64,000 bases of DNA, from contig JBILLK010000001.1 in NCBI GenBank assembly GCA_044376115.1, positions 96,001 through 160,000 of the forward strand. Reading direction: 5' to 3'. A program made the translations under genes and the position numbers. The notes below the pieces were generated by a model, which was not told where the DNA came from, did not search any database, and saw nothing but the letters and a program-made list of their open reading frames with translations. Of the stretch, positions 16,696 to 27,520 are shown in pieces. The DNA comes from Polyangiaceae bacterium. Its GTDB lineage: Bacteria; Myxococcota_A; Polyangia; Polyangiales; Polyangiaceae. How positions within the stretch are numbered: the first letter of the stretch is position 1; each line of letters opens with the position of its first letter.

Positions 16696-17865
16696 TCAAA
16701 CCTGAACGCGACTTTGGGTCACTCGGCGATTCGAGCTCACCGGAGAGAGAGTGGTTGAGCGACCTACGCGCAGTCGCGTCCCTCGCCACGACACGTGACG
16801 CGCAAAAAGCGCGCTGCTCCAAGCCACCATCATCGCGAGGTCCCGCAGCGGCGAGACGATGAGCGCCCAACCGATGCCTCCCTCCGCCTGCGGCGCGATG
16901 CGCTTGCTAAGCGCAACGGTGGAAAGCACGTCGCGAATGAACCAGGTGGCCAGCAGCCACACGAACGCGAGGTTGCCGAGAGCGGCGATGGCGAGCGGTA
17001 ACAACAACAGCGGATTGGTGAGCGGCTCGAGGTAGAAGGCGGCCGGGCAGAGGCGCCTGCGCATCATCGCCCAACGCGCGTGCCGTTCAACCATCGCACG
17101 TAGCGAAAGCTCGCCCACGACGTTTGAAAGCACGGTCGGCGCGATCGCCACACGAAAGCCCGCCGCCTCGAGCCGCTGGCCAATCACATAGTCTTCGGCC
17201 AGGACGTCCTTCACCGCTTCGAGACCACCGATCGATTCGAGCTCGCGCCGATGGATCAACATCGACTTTCCGATAACGGCCGCGTGGCCCAAAAGCGAAG
17301 GCGTTGCGGCGCCGCCAGCGACAAAGCCTGCCAGCTGCACGCGCTCGATGGCTGCGCCCAGCGTATTTCCGCCAACCCCGACGAACAGATTGGTGACGAG
17401 CCCGACACGAGGGTCTGCAACCTTCTCAGCGCAGGCCTCAAGCAGATAGGCGGGCCCAGCGTTTACATTGCTATCGCTAATGAGCAGCAGCTCGTACTTC
17501 GCGTGCCCCAGCATGCCGCGAAGGTTGCGCACCTTCGGGTTGAGGCCCTCGGCGAAGTCGTGAACCACCACCGCTACATCGACGTGCGGGTAGAGCTGCC
17601 GCAACGAGTTCACCACCTCGAGCGCTGGATCATTCGGATTCTGCGCGCCAAAGACGAGCTGGAAGGAAGGATGGTCTTGCTCGAAGAAGCTGCGCAGGTT
17701 CTCAAACAGCGAAGGGTCCGCACCACACAACGGCTTGAGCACGCTGACGCTTGGGACGGCTTCGGCACGAGCCGGCTTGCGCAGCGTGACCGCCGCTACC
17801 GAGAGGCTCGTGACCAAGGACCAGGTGCTCGTGAGCGCGAGCATCGCGACCATCGCCGAGTTCAT
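16696..17865 (-). CDS. GT21 glycosyltransferase (ceramide glucosyltransferase / HpnI-like)
   Basis: LKPLCG, FFEQD, DPA, NPKV.NL, ISDSNV, AED, RHARW, V.WRG. Confidence 0.9.
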   Translation of the reverse strand: MNSAMVAMLALTSTWSLVTSLSVAAVTLRKPARAEAVPSVSVLKPLCGADPSLFENLRSFFEQDHPSFQLVFGAQNPNDPALEVVNSLRQLYPHVDVAVVVHDFAEGLNPKVRNLRGMLGHAKYELLLISDSNVNAGPAYLLEACAEKVADPRVGLVTNLFVGVGGNTLGAAIERVQLAGFVAGGAATPSLLGHAAVIGKSMLIHRRELESIGGLEAVKDVLAEDYVIGQRLEAAGFRVAIAPTVLSNVVGELSLRAMVERHARWAMMRRRLCPAAFYLEPLTNPLLLLPLAIAALGNLAFVWLLATWFIRDVLSTVALSKRIAPQAEGGIGWALIVSPLRDLAMMVAWSSALFARHVSWRGTRLRVGRSTTLSPVSSNRRVTQSRVQV

Positions 17866-18290
17866 GCGCGCACCCCTTCCCGCTCACTGAAGATCCGGCT
17901 CCATAGCGGCAAACACAGCCCGACATAAACGAGGAATTGAACGGCCACCCGCAGCAGCGGATAGGGCGCCGGGACGAGCCGCACGGCCAGGTCAAAGAGG
18001 AACAGGTTCAGCACCAGCGCGACCCCCTCCACCAAACCAAAGAGCAGCGCCTGCTTGCCCCATTGAGCACGCTGGTCACGAAAGGCAAACAGCTTCTGGC
18101 CGACGAACTGGACCAAGAGCCCAGCCACCAGCGCGATGGGGGAAGCGACGCGGGCCCCCAAGCCAACGCCGCTCGCCAGACCGACAAGAATCAGCAGATC
18201 AACCGCTGTACCAACTCCGCCCACTCCGACACTGCGCATCAAGCGTGCAAGCTTGAAACCGATGGCTGAAGAAGAGACCGCTGGGTTCAT
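17862..18290 (-). CDS. GtrA family membrane protein
   Basis: Four TMs, VGGVGTAVD, Q..FAF; overlaps GT21 start. Confidence 0.85.
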   Translation of the reverse strand: MNPAVSSSAIGFKLARLMRSVGVGGVGTAVDLLILVGLASGVGLGARVASPIALVAGLLVQFVGQKLFAFRDQRAQWGKQALLFGLVEGVALVLNLFLFDLAVRLVPAPYPLLRVAVQFLVYVGLCLPLWSRIFSEREGVRA

Positions 18291-18346
18291 ACCCAGCGAT
18301 GAAGCGAGGGACGTGCCGAAGCGCTGTCAGTCTTTCGACACGCTGA

Positions 18347-20260
<1,914 letters not shown>

Positions 20261-20323
20261 GGCCTGCTCATACCGCTCTCTCGGCACGAGCGCCAACGCT
20301 GTGAGGAGCTTGAGAAGCCGGCG

Positions 20324-21319
20324 CTAGAAGCTGCCTGAAACGCTGAGGCCGGCCGAATCGGGGGAAACCCACGGAGCAACCCAGGCCGCGGTTGCCGGAA
20401 GCTCCTCATTGGAGGCGGCAAGCACAGCGCCGGTCACCACGAGGCCCGCGGTCAGGACCGAGGCGCCGACCGTCAGACCGAGGAGGAGGTTGGCCGTATC
20501 GGCTCTGGAGCGGAGCTCCTCGAGCGGCGGCGTTGAGGCGTTCTCCAGTTGCTCGGGACAAGAGATTTCACCATCGACGAGCGTGCAGCCGGCGTCGATG
20601 GCCAGGCTCTCATCGAGGTAGTCAGACTTTGCACCGGAGTAGGCAACGCCAAGTCCGATCGAGGCGCCGAGCGATCCGGCTCCGATCCCGAGCACGATCC
20701 ACGGAAGAGCGCCGTAGCGAGTGTTGGTTTCGACCTCGGGAGTGGTGCTGGCTACAGCCGCACCAACCATGCGGAGTTTGACGATCTCGGTGGCGCCTTC
20801 ACCAACGTTGACCACCTGGACGACGTCATCGTGGGAGGGCGCCTTCGCTTCGACGCGATGGCGACCCGGATCGACCCGAAACGGTTTATCGAGGGAGACC
20901 GATTCTCCGTCGATGGCCACGGTCATTCCTTCGGGATGGGGAGTTGGCTCAATCTGAAAAACGAACGTTGAGATGCGGCCTTTGAGCTTTTGCTCGAGCT
21001 CCTGACCAACTTTGCGCAGCACCGCATCATCTTTTGCGAGCAAGAGCCCGCGTTGGATGTTGCGCTCAGCGTTCACCAGCTGGCCGACCTTCTCTTGGCA
21101 GCGGCCCGCTCGCAGCCGAAGCTGCGAGGTCTCGACGAGCTCCGCCGCTGCCTCGAACTTCTTCGCAGCAGCGGCGCAATCCCCGGCTTCCTCAGCCTTC
21201 TCGCCCTGCTCAAATAGGCTTTGGGCTTGTGCGCTCTTTGAATCGTCAGCGGTCGCCGTTACCGCCATCAGCGAAACGAGCATCCCGAATGCGGCTGCAA
21301 CGAAAGGACGAAAGTGCAC
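20324..21319 (-). CDS. TPR + PEGA domain protein with C-terminal hydrophobic segments
   Basis: Signal peptide; AQSLFEQG TPR; VDPGRHRVEA PEGA motif; terminal GLSVSGSF. Confidence 0.8.
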   Translation of the reverse strand: MHFRPFVAAAFGMLVSLMAVTATADDSKSAQAQSLFEQGEKAEEAGDCAAAAKKFEAAAELVETSQLRLRAGRCQEKVGQLVNAERNIQRGLLLAKDDAVLRKVGQELEQKLKGRISTFVFQIEPTPHPEGMTVAIDGESVSLDKPFRVDPGRHRVEAKAPSHDDVVQVVNVGEGATEIVKLRMVGAAVASTTPEVETNTRYGALPWIVLGIGAGSLGASIGLGVAYSGAKSDYLDESLAIDAGCTLVDGEISCPEQLENASTPPLEELRSRADTANLLLGLTVGASVLTAGLVVTGAVLAASNEELPATAAWVAPWVSPDSAGLSVSGSF

Positions 21320-21325
21320 GGTTGC

Positions 21326-21355
21326 AGCATCCGGAACGGCCTGCCCCTATGTCAA
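21326..21355 (-). promoter_or_regulatory. Sigma70-type promoter, probably leaderless
   Basis: TTGACA-N18-GATGCT-N6-GTG(21319) on the minus strand. Confidence 0.5.
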
Positions 21356-21485
21356 GCACCGTGGCCGCTTTGTGCGCCGCTATGGCTGGTTGGGTCGGTC
21401 AGCCCGACTTTTGCGGGCGCGCGCGGCATCGGCGCACGACACAACTTGACCGTGCCGCTCTCAAGCGTGCACCATAGGGTTTGTA

Positions 21486-23129
21486 GTGAAGACTGGCGAC
21501 TTGGTTGGCTCCAAGTACCGTCTCGTGACTCGTCTCGGACAGGGCGGCATGGGAGCGGTTTGGTCTGCGCAGCACACGCAGACGGGGCGGGAGTTTGCCA
21601 TAAAGTTCCTGCATTCCTTCGTTGCGCAAGGCAACGACGACGCGCGCCACCGTTTTCTTCAGGAAGCTCGCGCCTCCGCACGCGTGAACCACCCGAGCAT
21701 CATCGACATCTTCGACGTCGGTGAGACCGAGGACGGCACGCTGTACTTGGTGATGGAGCTCTTGGACGGGCTGTCGCTCGGGGACGCTCTTCGGGTCGAG
21801 CCTGCGTTCTCGGTGCGCGAGCTGCTCGTGCTGATGATCGGGTCGACCTTGGCCTTGGGGGCAGCGCACACGGCCGGCATCGTTCACCGTGACGTCAAGC
21901 CGCTGAACATCTACCTGCACCGTGATCGCATGTCGGGGATGGTTCGGCCGAAGGTGCTCGACTTTGGCGTGAGCAAGGTTGCGCTCGGTGAGGATGATGG
22001 GGTGGCGACGCAAGTTGGCTCGCTCTTGGGCTCTCCGCGCTACATGGCGCCTGAGCAGGCCGTGAGCGCCGCACAAGCCGACGGTCGCAGCGATATCTGG
22101 TCCCTGGGCGTCATCCTTTATGAGGCGCTGACAGGCCGTTTTCCGCATGAGGGAGACAGCTCGAACGCGATCGTCATCGCGATCGCCACGCGCCCGCCGC
22201 TACCCATTCTCGAGGTCGCGCCGCATCTGCCGAAGGCACTCGCAGCCATCGTCGACGACTGCTTGAAGCCTGCCGAGACGCGCATCGCGAAGGCCGAGAT
22301 CCTGGCAGAGCGGATGCAGGAACTGCTCGCGACCCACGATCTTTCAGACCTGAAGGTCGTGCGTTCCGGCAAAGACCGCAAAGCGATCAAGCGGCCCGAT
22401 AACTTCGTCATCCACACGAGCTCCGGTATCGGCGGCCTAACGCCGGCGCCGGGCCAGCTCTCGGTCTCACTGAACCAGCGGCGCACGTCGCTCGCTTCAG
22501 AGCCGGCCGTAACGACCCCTTCCTCCGGCGCTCCGGCGGCGGCAGAGGAAGAGCCGGGGACGCTTGTCTACGATTCGGACTCGCGGCCGGGCTCGCTTCG
22601 AGGGCCGACAGGAACGCTCGCGATCTCGACGCCCGGACTCAACGCACTGAGCCCAGCCGCTGGCCTCGCGGCCGTGGGAACGCAGTCAGAGAACTCCTCC
22701 CGTACCAGCGGCACGTCGACCGAAAGCGTCTCGAGCATGACGATGGGTGGACCCGCAGCGGTTCCCGTCGTTCCAGCCGCAGCGATCCAGGCACGTGAGG
22801 TCGCGCCCCCCAAGACAAAGCGCACGGTGTTGCTCGTCGGAGGTGCCGTCGCAGCGGGATCGCTGTTCGGTATTGTGCTGCTCAACTCGGGCTCAAAACC
22901 GGAGGCGGACGCGAGCTCCGCACCGATCGTCGCCTCTGGCCAACCGGCGAAGGCAACGGCGACCGCAGTCGCTTCTCCAGCCTCCACGGTGAACGCCAAG
23001 GAAAGCGCAACGGCTTCCGCATCCACGGCCCCGAAAGCTGCGCCAACCGTCGTCTCTGGTCGGCCGCGGAACACGGCGAAGCCGGTCGTCACCGACCCGC
23101 TCAAGAACAGCGGCATTCCTCGCAAGTAA
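21486..23129 (+). CDS. Membrane Ser/Thr protein kinase
   Basis: GQGGMG, AIK, HRDVKPLN, DFG, GSPRYMAPEQ, DIWSLG; late TM segment and short Ala/Thr-rich tail. Confidence 0.94.
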   Translation: MKTGDLVGSKYRLVTRLGQGGMGAVWSAQHTQTGREFAIKFLHSFVAQGNDDARHRFLQEARASARVNHPSIIDIFDVGETEDGTLYLVMELLDGLSLGDALRVEPAFSVRELLVLMIGSTLALGAAHTAGIVHRDVKPLNIYLHRDRMSGMVRPKVLDFGVSKVALGEDDGVATQVGSLLGSPRYMAPEQAVSAAQADGRSDIWSLGVILYEALTGRFPHEGDSSNAIVIAIATRPPLPILEVAPHLPKALAAIVDDCLKPAETRIAKAEILAERMQELLATHDLSDLKVVRSGKDRKAIKRPDNFVIHTSSGIGGLTPAPGQLSVSLNQRRTSLASEPAVTTPSSGAPAAAEEEPGTLVYDSDSRPGSLRGPTGTLAISTPGLNALSPAAGLAAVGTQSENSSRTSGTSTESVSSMTMGGPAAVPVVPAAAIQAREVAPPKTKRTVLLVGGAVAAGSLFGIVLLNSGSKPEADASSAPIVASGQPAKATATAVASPASTVNAKESATASASTAPKAAPTVVSGRPRNTAKPVVTDPLKNSGIPRK

Positions 23130-23150
23130 GCCCGCCCGTATTTCGCGGGC
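23130..23150. terminator. Hairpin between convergent genes
   Basis: GCCCGC-N9-GCGGGC directly after the kinase stop; no U tract. Confidence 0.35.
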
Positions 23151-23165
23151 TCAGGGTCGGGGCCG

Positions 23166-25832
23166 CTAGCGCACGCGCTTGAGCAGCACGAGGGCTGCCG
23201 GTAGCGTGACCAAGCTCATGACGAGCGTTGCGATCATGCCCACGGTCATGATCAGCCCGATGCTGAACATGGCGCGATGTTGAGCGAGCATCATCACGCT
23301 AAAGCCCCACACCGTCGTCAGCGCAGCGACGAGCACGGCGCTGCCTGTTCCAGACAGGATGTCCTCCAGCGAGGCCTTTCCGTGCTCCTGCTCACTCTGC
23401 CGAAACCGGCTCACGATGTGAGCTGCGGCATCCACCCCGAGGCCGATCAACAGGGGTAGTACGACCATGTTCGCGTGATTGAAGGCGAGCCCCATCAGGG
23501 GAATCGCCCCGAGCATGATCAACGTCCCGAGGATGAGCGGTATCAACGAGACCAGCACGTCAACCAAGCGACGGAAACTCACCGCGAGAATCACCACCAC
23601 CAGCAAGGCAGCCAGCAACGTCGCTCGCTCGAAGCCGCGAACGATCATTTTGGGATGCTCCGCCAACGTCGTTGCAATGCCCGAGGTTTTCTCCGACACC
23701 GAGGTCACGTCTTTGGTGAACTTCTCGGCGCGCTCGACTTCCCAGATGTCGCCTTTGGGGTGAATGAACAAGGCGACCTCGCTCTCGTCTTTGGAAAGGA
23801 AGCGATGTTGGAACGCTGGCGGCAAATCGCTCGGTGCGTAAACACCACGCTCGGCGACGCGACGGGCCGTCGTGGCGGCGCGATCCAGAATCAAGAAGAA
23901 GGTCCGCTGCACCCGGTCGAGCTCCTTGGCGTCGACCTTGCGAACGATCTCCTGCAGACGCTTTAGCTTTGCCTTCGTAGCCTCCACCGAAGCCGCGTCC
24001 AAGCCTCCACCCTTGGCCGTGAAGGCGACCTCTTCCATCGTGTCGATCAGGCCTGTGAGCTTCTTATCGAGCGCAGCCCGATCGACCGGTCGCTCGGCGA
24101 CGGCTGCAAAATCGAGCGGCTTGCCGTCGGGCGCCATGGCCGCGACCACCGTACGAAGCGACGTCAGCCGCTCTTGCGTAAGTTCGGGCAGCAGGTCTGA
24201 GGGCGTCTCCACCGACGCGACCGAATCCATCGTGCGCAGCGCCATCGCGACGGTTCGCGCCTCTTCGATGCTCGAGGCTCGAACGTTGGCGACGAACGGG
24301 CTCACGATATCGTCCTTGGAGAGCTCGATGAGACCGCGCGCGCTCTCGGTCTCTTTGGGCAAGAAGTCGAAGTAGCGACCGTTGAACCGCAAACCGGGAA
24401 TCGCCAGCGAGATCACCACCGACACGACGACCGACGCAGCGACGATTTTGCGCGGGTGATTGCGCACGAAGGCGGCAAGCAGACCGAAGCCGGGAAGCTG
24501 GGGCGAAGGGCGCGGCTTCTTGCCGAGGAGGATGAGCACCGCGGAAGGTACGAGCAGATACGTACCTGCGAGCATCACCATCAAGCCGAGGCAGGTGATG
24601 AACCCGAGCTCAGCGAACGCGGTGAACTCGGTCACGATGGTGGTGAGAAAGGCGACCGCCGTCGTGATCGTGCCGACGACGAGACCTGGGCCTGCGCCGA
24701 GCAGCGCTTTCTGCATCGCCTCGCGCGGGTTCTCATTCCGTCGCAGCAGCTCCGAGTAACGCGTCTGAATGTGAACGCCAAAGTCGCCGAGGCCGAGCAG
24801 CACCGAGGTGAAGCTCGCGGTGATCAGGTTGAGTTTGCCCAGCGTGAGTTGGACGATGCCGAAGGTGACCAACGTGCCGAAGCCGAGCGGGAGGAAGCTG
24901 ACGAGCGACTGGCGGAAGGAGCGAAAGGCCCAAAAAAGCGTGAGGAAAAGCGCGACGCTCGAGGCGATGCTGGTGACGGCGAGATCACGTTCGATCATCG
25001 CGAGTTCGTCGGTCACCAAGGCTGGTAGACCGGTCACGTCCGCACGAACGTTGGGCGCATTGGCGCGCGCGAGCGCTGTATCGCGCGCTGCGCGGATCGA
25101 CTGAACGACTGGACGAACTTGGTAACCTTCATCGCCATCGAGCGGGGGAAACAAGGCTACGAAGTGATTCTCCTGGCTTCCGTTGAGGTAGCCGGCGTCG
25201 TCCACGGCGGCCCCCAAATCACGCGAGGACTCCCCGTCGAGCAACGTCACGAGCCCCGACTTGGACTCGAGTTCACCGCTGAGCGAATCGAACAAGCGCC
25301 CGAGTTGCGTGAAGCCGCTGTTCAAGTCCGCTTGCGAGGCGAGCTCCTGCTCGAGACCCTGTTTGAGCTGCTCATCGATCGTTCCCGCGAGCCCCGGCAA
25401 GCCGTCGCTGAGTGCTTTCGATGCCGTGCCTTTGGGCAGCGACTTCGCCACGACCTCAGGGTCGGTGAGCAAGAGCACCTCTGCGACGTCCTCCGGCCCG
25501 AGCCGCCCGAGCACCCCCTTCTCCAACCCGGGCACCGAGTGGAGCTCCGTCGTCAGCTCGTCAACGACGCGGCGGCGCTCAGCCACGTTACCGCCCGTAA
25601 CGACGATCACCGGCGCGTTGGGGTAACCGAACTTCTCGTCGAATTCGACGGTTCTTCGTTGGTTCGCGTTCTCTTCACTGACGAGGTCCCGACGTGAGGT
25701 CGAGATCTTCAGGAACGGAATCAACGACCCAAGCGCAACCGTCGTCGTAAGGCCGATGACCAAGGCGACGTAGGGCCGGCGGGCGCCAAACAAAGCAAGG
25801 CTTCGCACGAACGCCAGCAGGGCTTGCAGCAT
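23166..25832 (-). CDS. MMPL/RND lipid transporter (HpnN / BstA-like)
   Basis: Two RND repeats; TGLPAL..DE, LLGLGDFG.H..RY, TT..AF, LLIGLGVD..H..R, TT..GF. Confidence 0.9.
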   Translation of the reverse strand: MLQALLAFVRSLALFGARRPYVALVIGLTTTVALGSLIPFLKISTSRRDLVSEENANQRRTVEFDEKFGYPNAPVIVVTGGNVAERRRVVDELTTELHSVPGLEKGVLGRLGPEDVAEVLLLTDPEVVAKSLPKGTASKALSDGLPGLAGTIDEQLKQGLEQELASQADLNSGFTQLGRLFDSLSGELESKSGLVTLLDGESSRDLGAAVDDAGYLNGSQENHFVALFPPLDGDEGYQVRPVVQSIRAARDTALARANAPNVRADVTGLPALVTDELAMIERDLAVTSIASSVALFLTLFWAFRSFRQSLVSFLPLGFGTLVTFGIVQLTLGKLNLITASFTSVLLGLGDFGVHIQTRYSELLRRNENPREAMQKALLGAGPGLVVGTITTAVAFLTTIVTEFTAFAELGFITCLGLMVMLAGTYLLVPSAVLILLGKKPRPSPQLPGFGLLAAFVRNHPRKIVAASVVVSVVISLAIPGLRFNGRYFDFLPKETESARGLIELSKDDIVSPFVANVRASSIEEARTVAMALRTMDSVASVETPSDLLPELTQERLTSLRTVVAAMAPDGKPLDFAAVAERPVDRAALDKKLTGLIDTMEEVAFTAKGGGLDAASVEATKAKLKRLQEIVRKVDAKELDRVQRTFFLILDRAATTARRVAERGVYAPSDLPPAFQHRFLSKDESEVALFIHPKGDIWEVERAEKFTKDVTSVSEKTSGIATTLAEHPKMIVRGFERATLLAALLVVVILAVSFRRLVDVLVSLIPLILGTLIMLGAIPLMGLAFNHANMVVLPLLIGLGVDAAAHIVSRFRQSEQEHGKASLEDILSGTGSAVLVAALTTVWGFSVMMLAQHRAMFSIGLIMTVGMIATLVMSLVTLPAALVLLKRVR

Positions 25833-25833
25833 G

Positions 25834-26565
25834 TCAACCGCCTGGGGGTGCGCCTGTGGGCGTCTCGGGAGCTTTCTTGGGGCATTCGAGGTCGCCGATG
25901 TCCCGCTCGATCGAACGCGCCAGCTTTACCTCATCCCCCCGGAGACCGTTCATTGCGCCGAGAACGAGGCATAGCGGCGCGCGCGCGGACTCCTTGTCAC
26001 CGAGCGCCACGTAAGCTTCGGCGAGCCGCAGCTGGTTCGAGATCAGCTCGGGATCGACCTTCACCAAGCCCTCAAGAATCTCGATGCCCGCCTCGGAGTT
26101 TCCCCCCTCGAGCAGGTTGGCCGGAGCAAGAACGTATAGCGTTCCGAGGAGCCTGGTTGCGGCTGCACGTCGAAAGCTTGCGTCCAGCTTTCGACTCTTG
26201 AGCGCAAACTTCTCCGCCTCCGCCACCAGGGCTGTCGGGCTGTGATCGCCCAGCAAGGCCAAAGCGCCCTTCTTCTCCGCCAACCGACCAGCAATTGCGG
26301 CCCGACCAAAAGCGTCCCCCGCTGTCTCGGTTGGCAGCGTAACCACCAAGTCGTAGGCGGCTTGCCGGTCCTCCTCAGTGTCGTTGCCGTCCGAGATCAG
26401 CTTCTCGAGCGCATCGCTCAAGGCGAGCGCGCTCTCACTCGATGCCTGCAGTTCAGGCCGGAGCTGCGCCTGACCCATGCAATTGCTCATCGCGCAGCCG
26501 AACAGGCCAAGCGCCACGAAGAGGGCGGTTGGCCTTAGCAGACTCAATGGGCGAAGAAAGGACAA
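25834..26565 (-). CDS. TPR lipoprotein, TPAT T-component / BstC-like
   Basis: Lipobox LFGC; AATRLLGTLYVLAP....GG.SEAG.EILE; NQLRLAEAY. Confidence 0.7.
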   Translation of the reverse strand: MSFLRPLSLLRPTALFVALGLFGCAMSNCMGQAQLRPELQASSESALALSDALEKLISDGNDTEEDRQAAYDLVVTLPTETAGDAFGRAAIAGRLAEKKGALALLGDHSPTALVAEAEKFALKSRKLDASFRRAAATRLLGTLYVLAPANLLEGGNSEAGIEILEGLVKVDPELISNQLRLAEAYVALGDKESARAPLCLVLGAMNGLRGDEVKLARSIERDIGDLECPKKAPETPTGAPPGG

Positions 26566-26586
26566 GTGGCGCAGGATGCGAAGCGT

Positions 26587-27411
26587 TTACTTGTCCTTCT
26601 TGTAGGCGGCAAGAACTTGGGCAAACGTCTCATCGCTCGCTTCAGTAAGTGACTGAATGCCGATCTCCGAACAGACAGCCTTGCCGTCGCCGCTGCAAAG
26701 CGAGGAAAGGCTCTTCTTGAAGCCCGTCTTGTCAGCCGCGGAGGCAGTGGGGAAAGCCACGATGACCATCGGCGGAAGCTTTTCACTCTTCCAAACGGTC
26801 TTCAGGTCTTTGCCACCGTCGATCGAGGCTAGCTCCGCGAAAACGGCGTCATCCACCAAAGCGCACTTGGCCTCGTCTTTGGTCACCATCTTCGCGCCCT
26901 GAAGCGGCCGCTTGGTGGCCTCCACGGTAAAGTCCGCGAGTTTCCAGGCTCCACCGCTGATGACCTTGTCGACGAAGCGAGGATCATCCGCCCAATCGGT
27001 GGCGAGCTTCGCTCCTTTGCATCCAGCGATGTCGCTCGCCGACTTGCTCACGACGAAATACTGCTGCCCGCCCGCGCGAGATACCTGCACCTGACCGATC
27101 GCCTCGAGCTTCTGCGGATCCTTCAAGGCCAGATAAGCCGAGAGACCGAGCAGGCCATACGACGGTTTATCCGCGGTAATCGACTTCTCCGCCGCCTTGC
27201 GCTCCGTGAAGTAGGTGCCCTTGGCGGCCGACCAGCCGTTCTTCTCCTGGGCGATCTTCACGAACTTATCGACGTAAGGCTGGGCCTGCGCCGCGCTACC
27301 GACGCCGTGCTCCTTGAGAATCAGGATGCCCACTTCGTTGCCGGCTTCACCTGAGTCAGAGACGGTGAGAAGAAGAGCTGCGGCTGCGACGGGAACCAAG
27401 CGACCAAGCAT
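26587..27411 (-). CDS. PhnD-like periplasmic binding protein (BstB-like)
   Basis: Signal peptide; PBP2-like motifs QYFVVSK, LATD, ALVDD, VWKSEKLPP.V.VAF; Cys pairs; GGAGG RBS. Confidence 0.75.
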   Translation of the reverse strand: MLGRLVPVAAAALLLTVSDSGEAGNEVGILILKEHGVGSAAQAQPYVDKFVKIAQEKNGWSAAKGTYFTERKAAEKSITADKPSYGLLGLSAYLALKDPQKLEAIGQVQVSRAGGQQYFVVSKSASDIAGCKGAKLATDWADDPRFVDKVISGGAWKLADFTVEATKRPLQGAKMVTKDEAKCALVDDAVFAELASIDGGKDLKTVWKSEKLPPMVIVAFPTASAADKTGFKKSLSSLCSGDGKAVCSEIGIQSLTEASDETFAQVLAAYKKDK

Positions 27412-27520
27412 GGAAATAACCTCCGGCGGGGTTGGACGAGACCAACGAGGAAATACTGCAAACGAATCTGCACGGGCCGTTTCTACAGGGGTGACCGTTT
27501 CCTACGAAAGCTCAGGCGAT

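Noticed and set aside
18303..18318. Sigma54-like CGGCACGTCCCTCGCT upstream of gtrA (minus strand)
   Set aside because: Correct spacing but a weak -12 element; likely by chance at this GC.
20261..20323. SAM or other riboswitch upstream of yitJ
   Set aside because: The gap is only about 60 nt and shows no recognisable aptamer motif.
26587..27411. Phosphonate ABC uptake (phnD)
   Set aside because: No phnC/phnE; operonic with an RND and a TPR lipoprotein.
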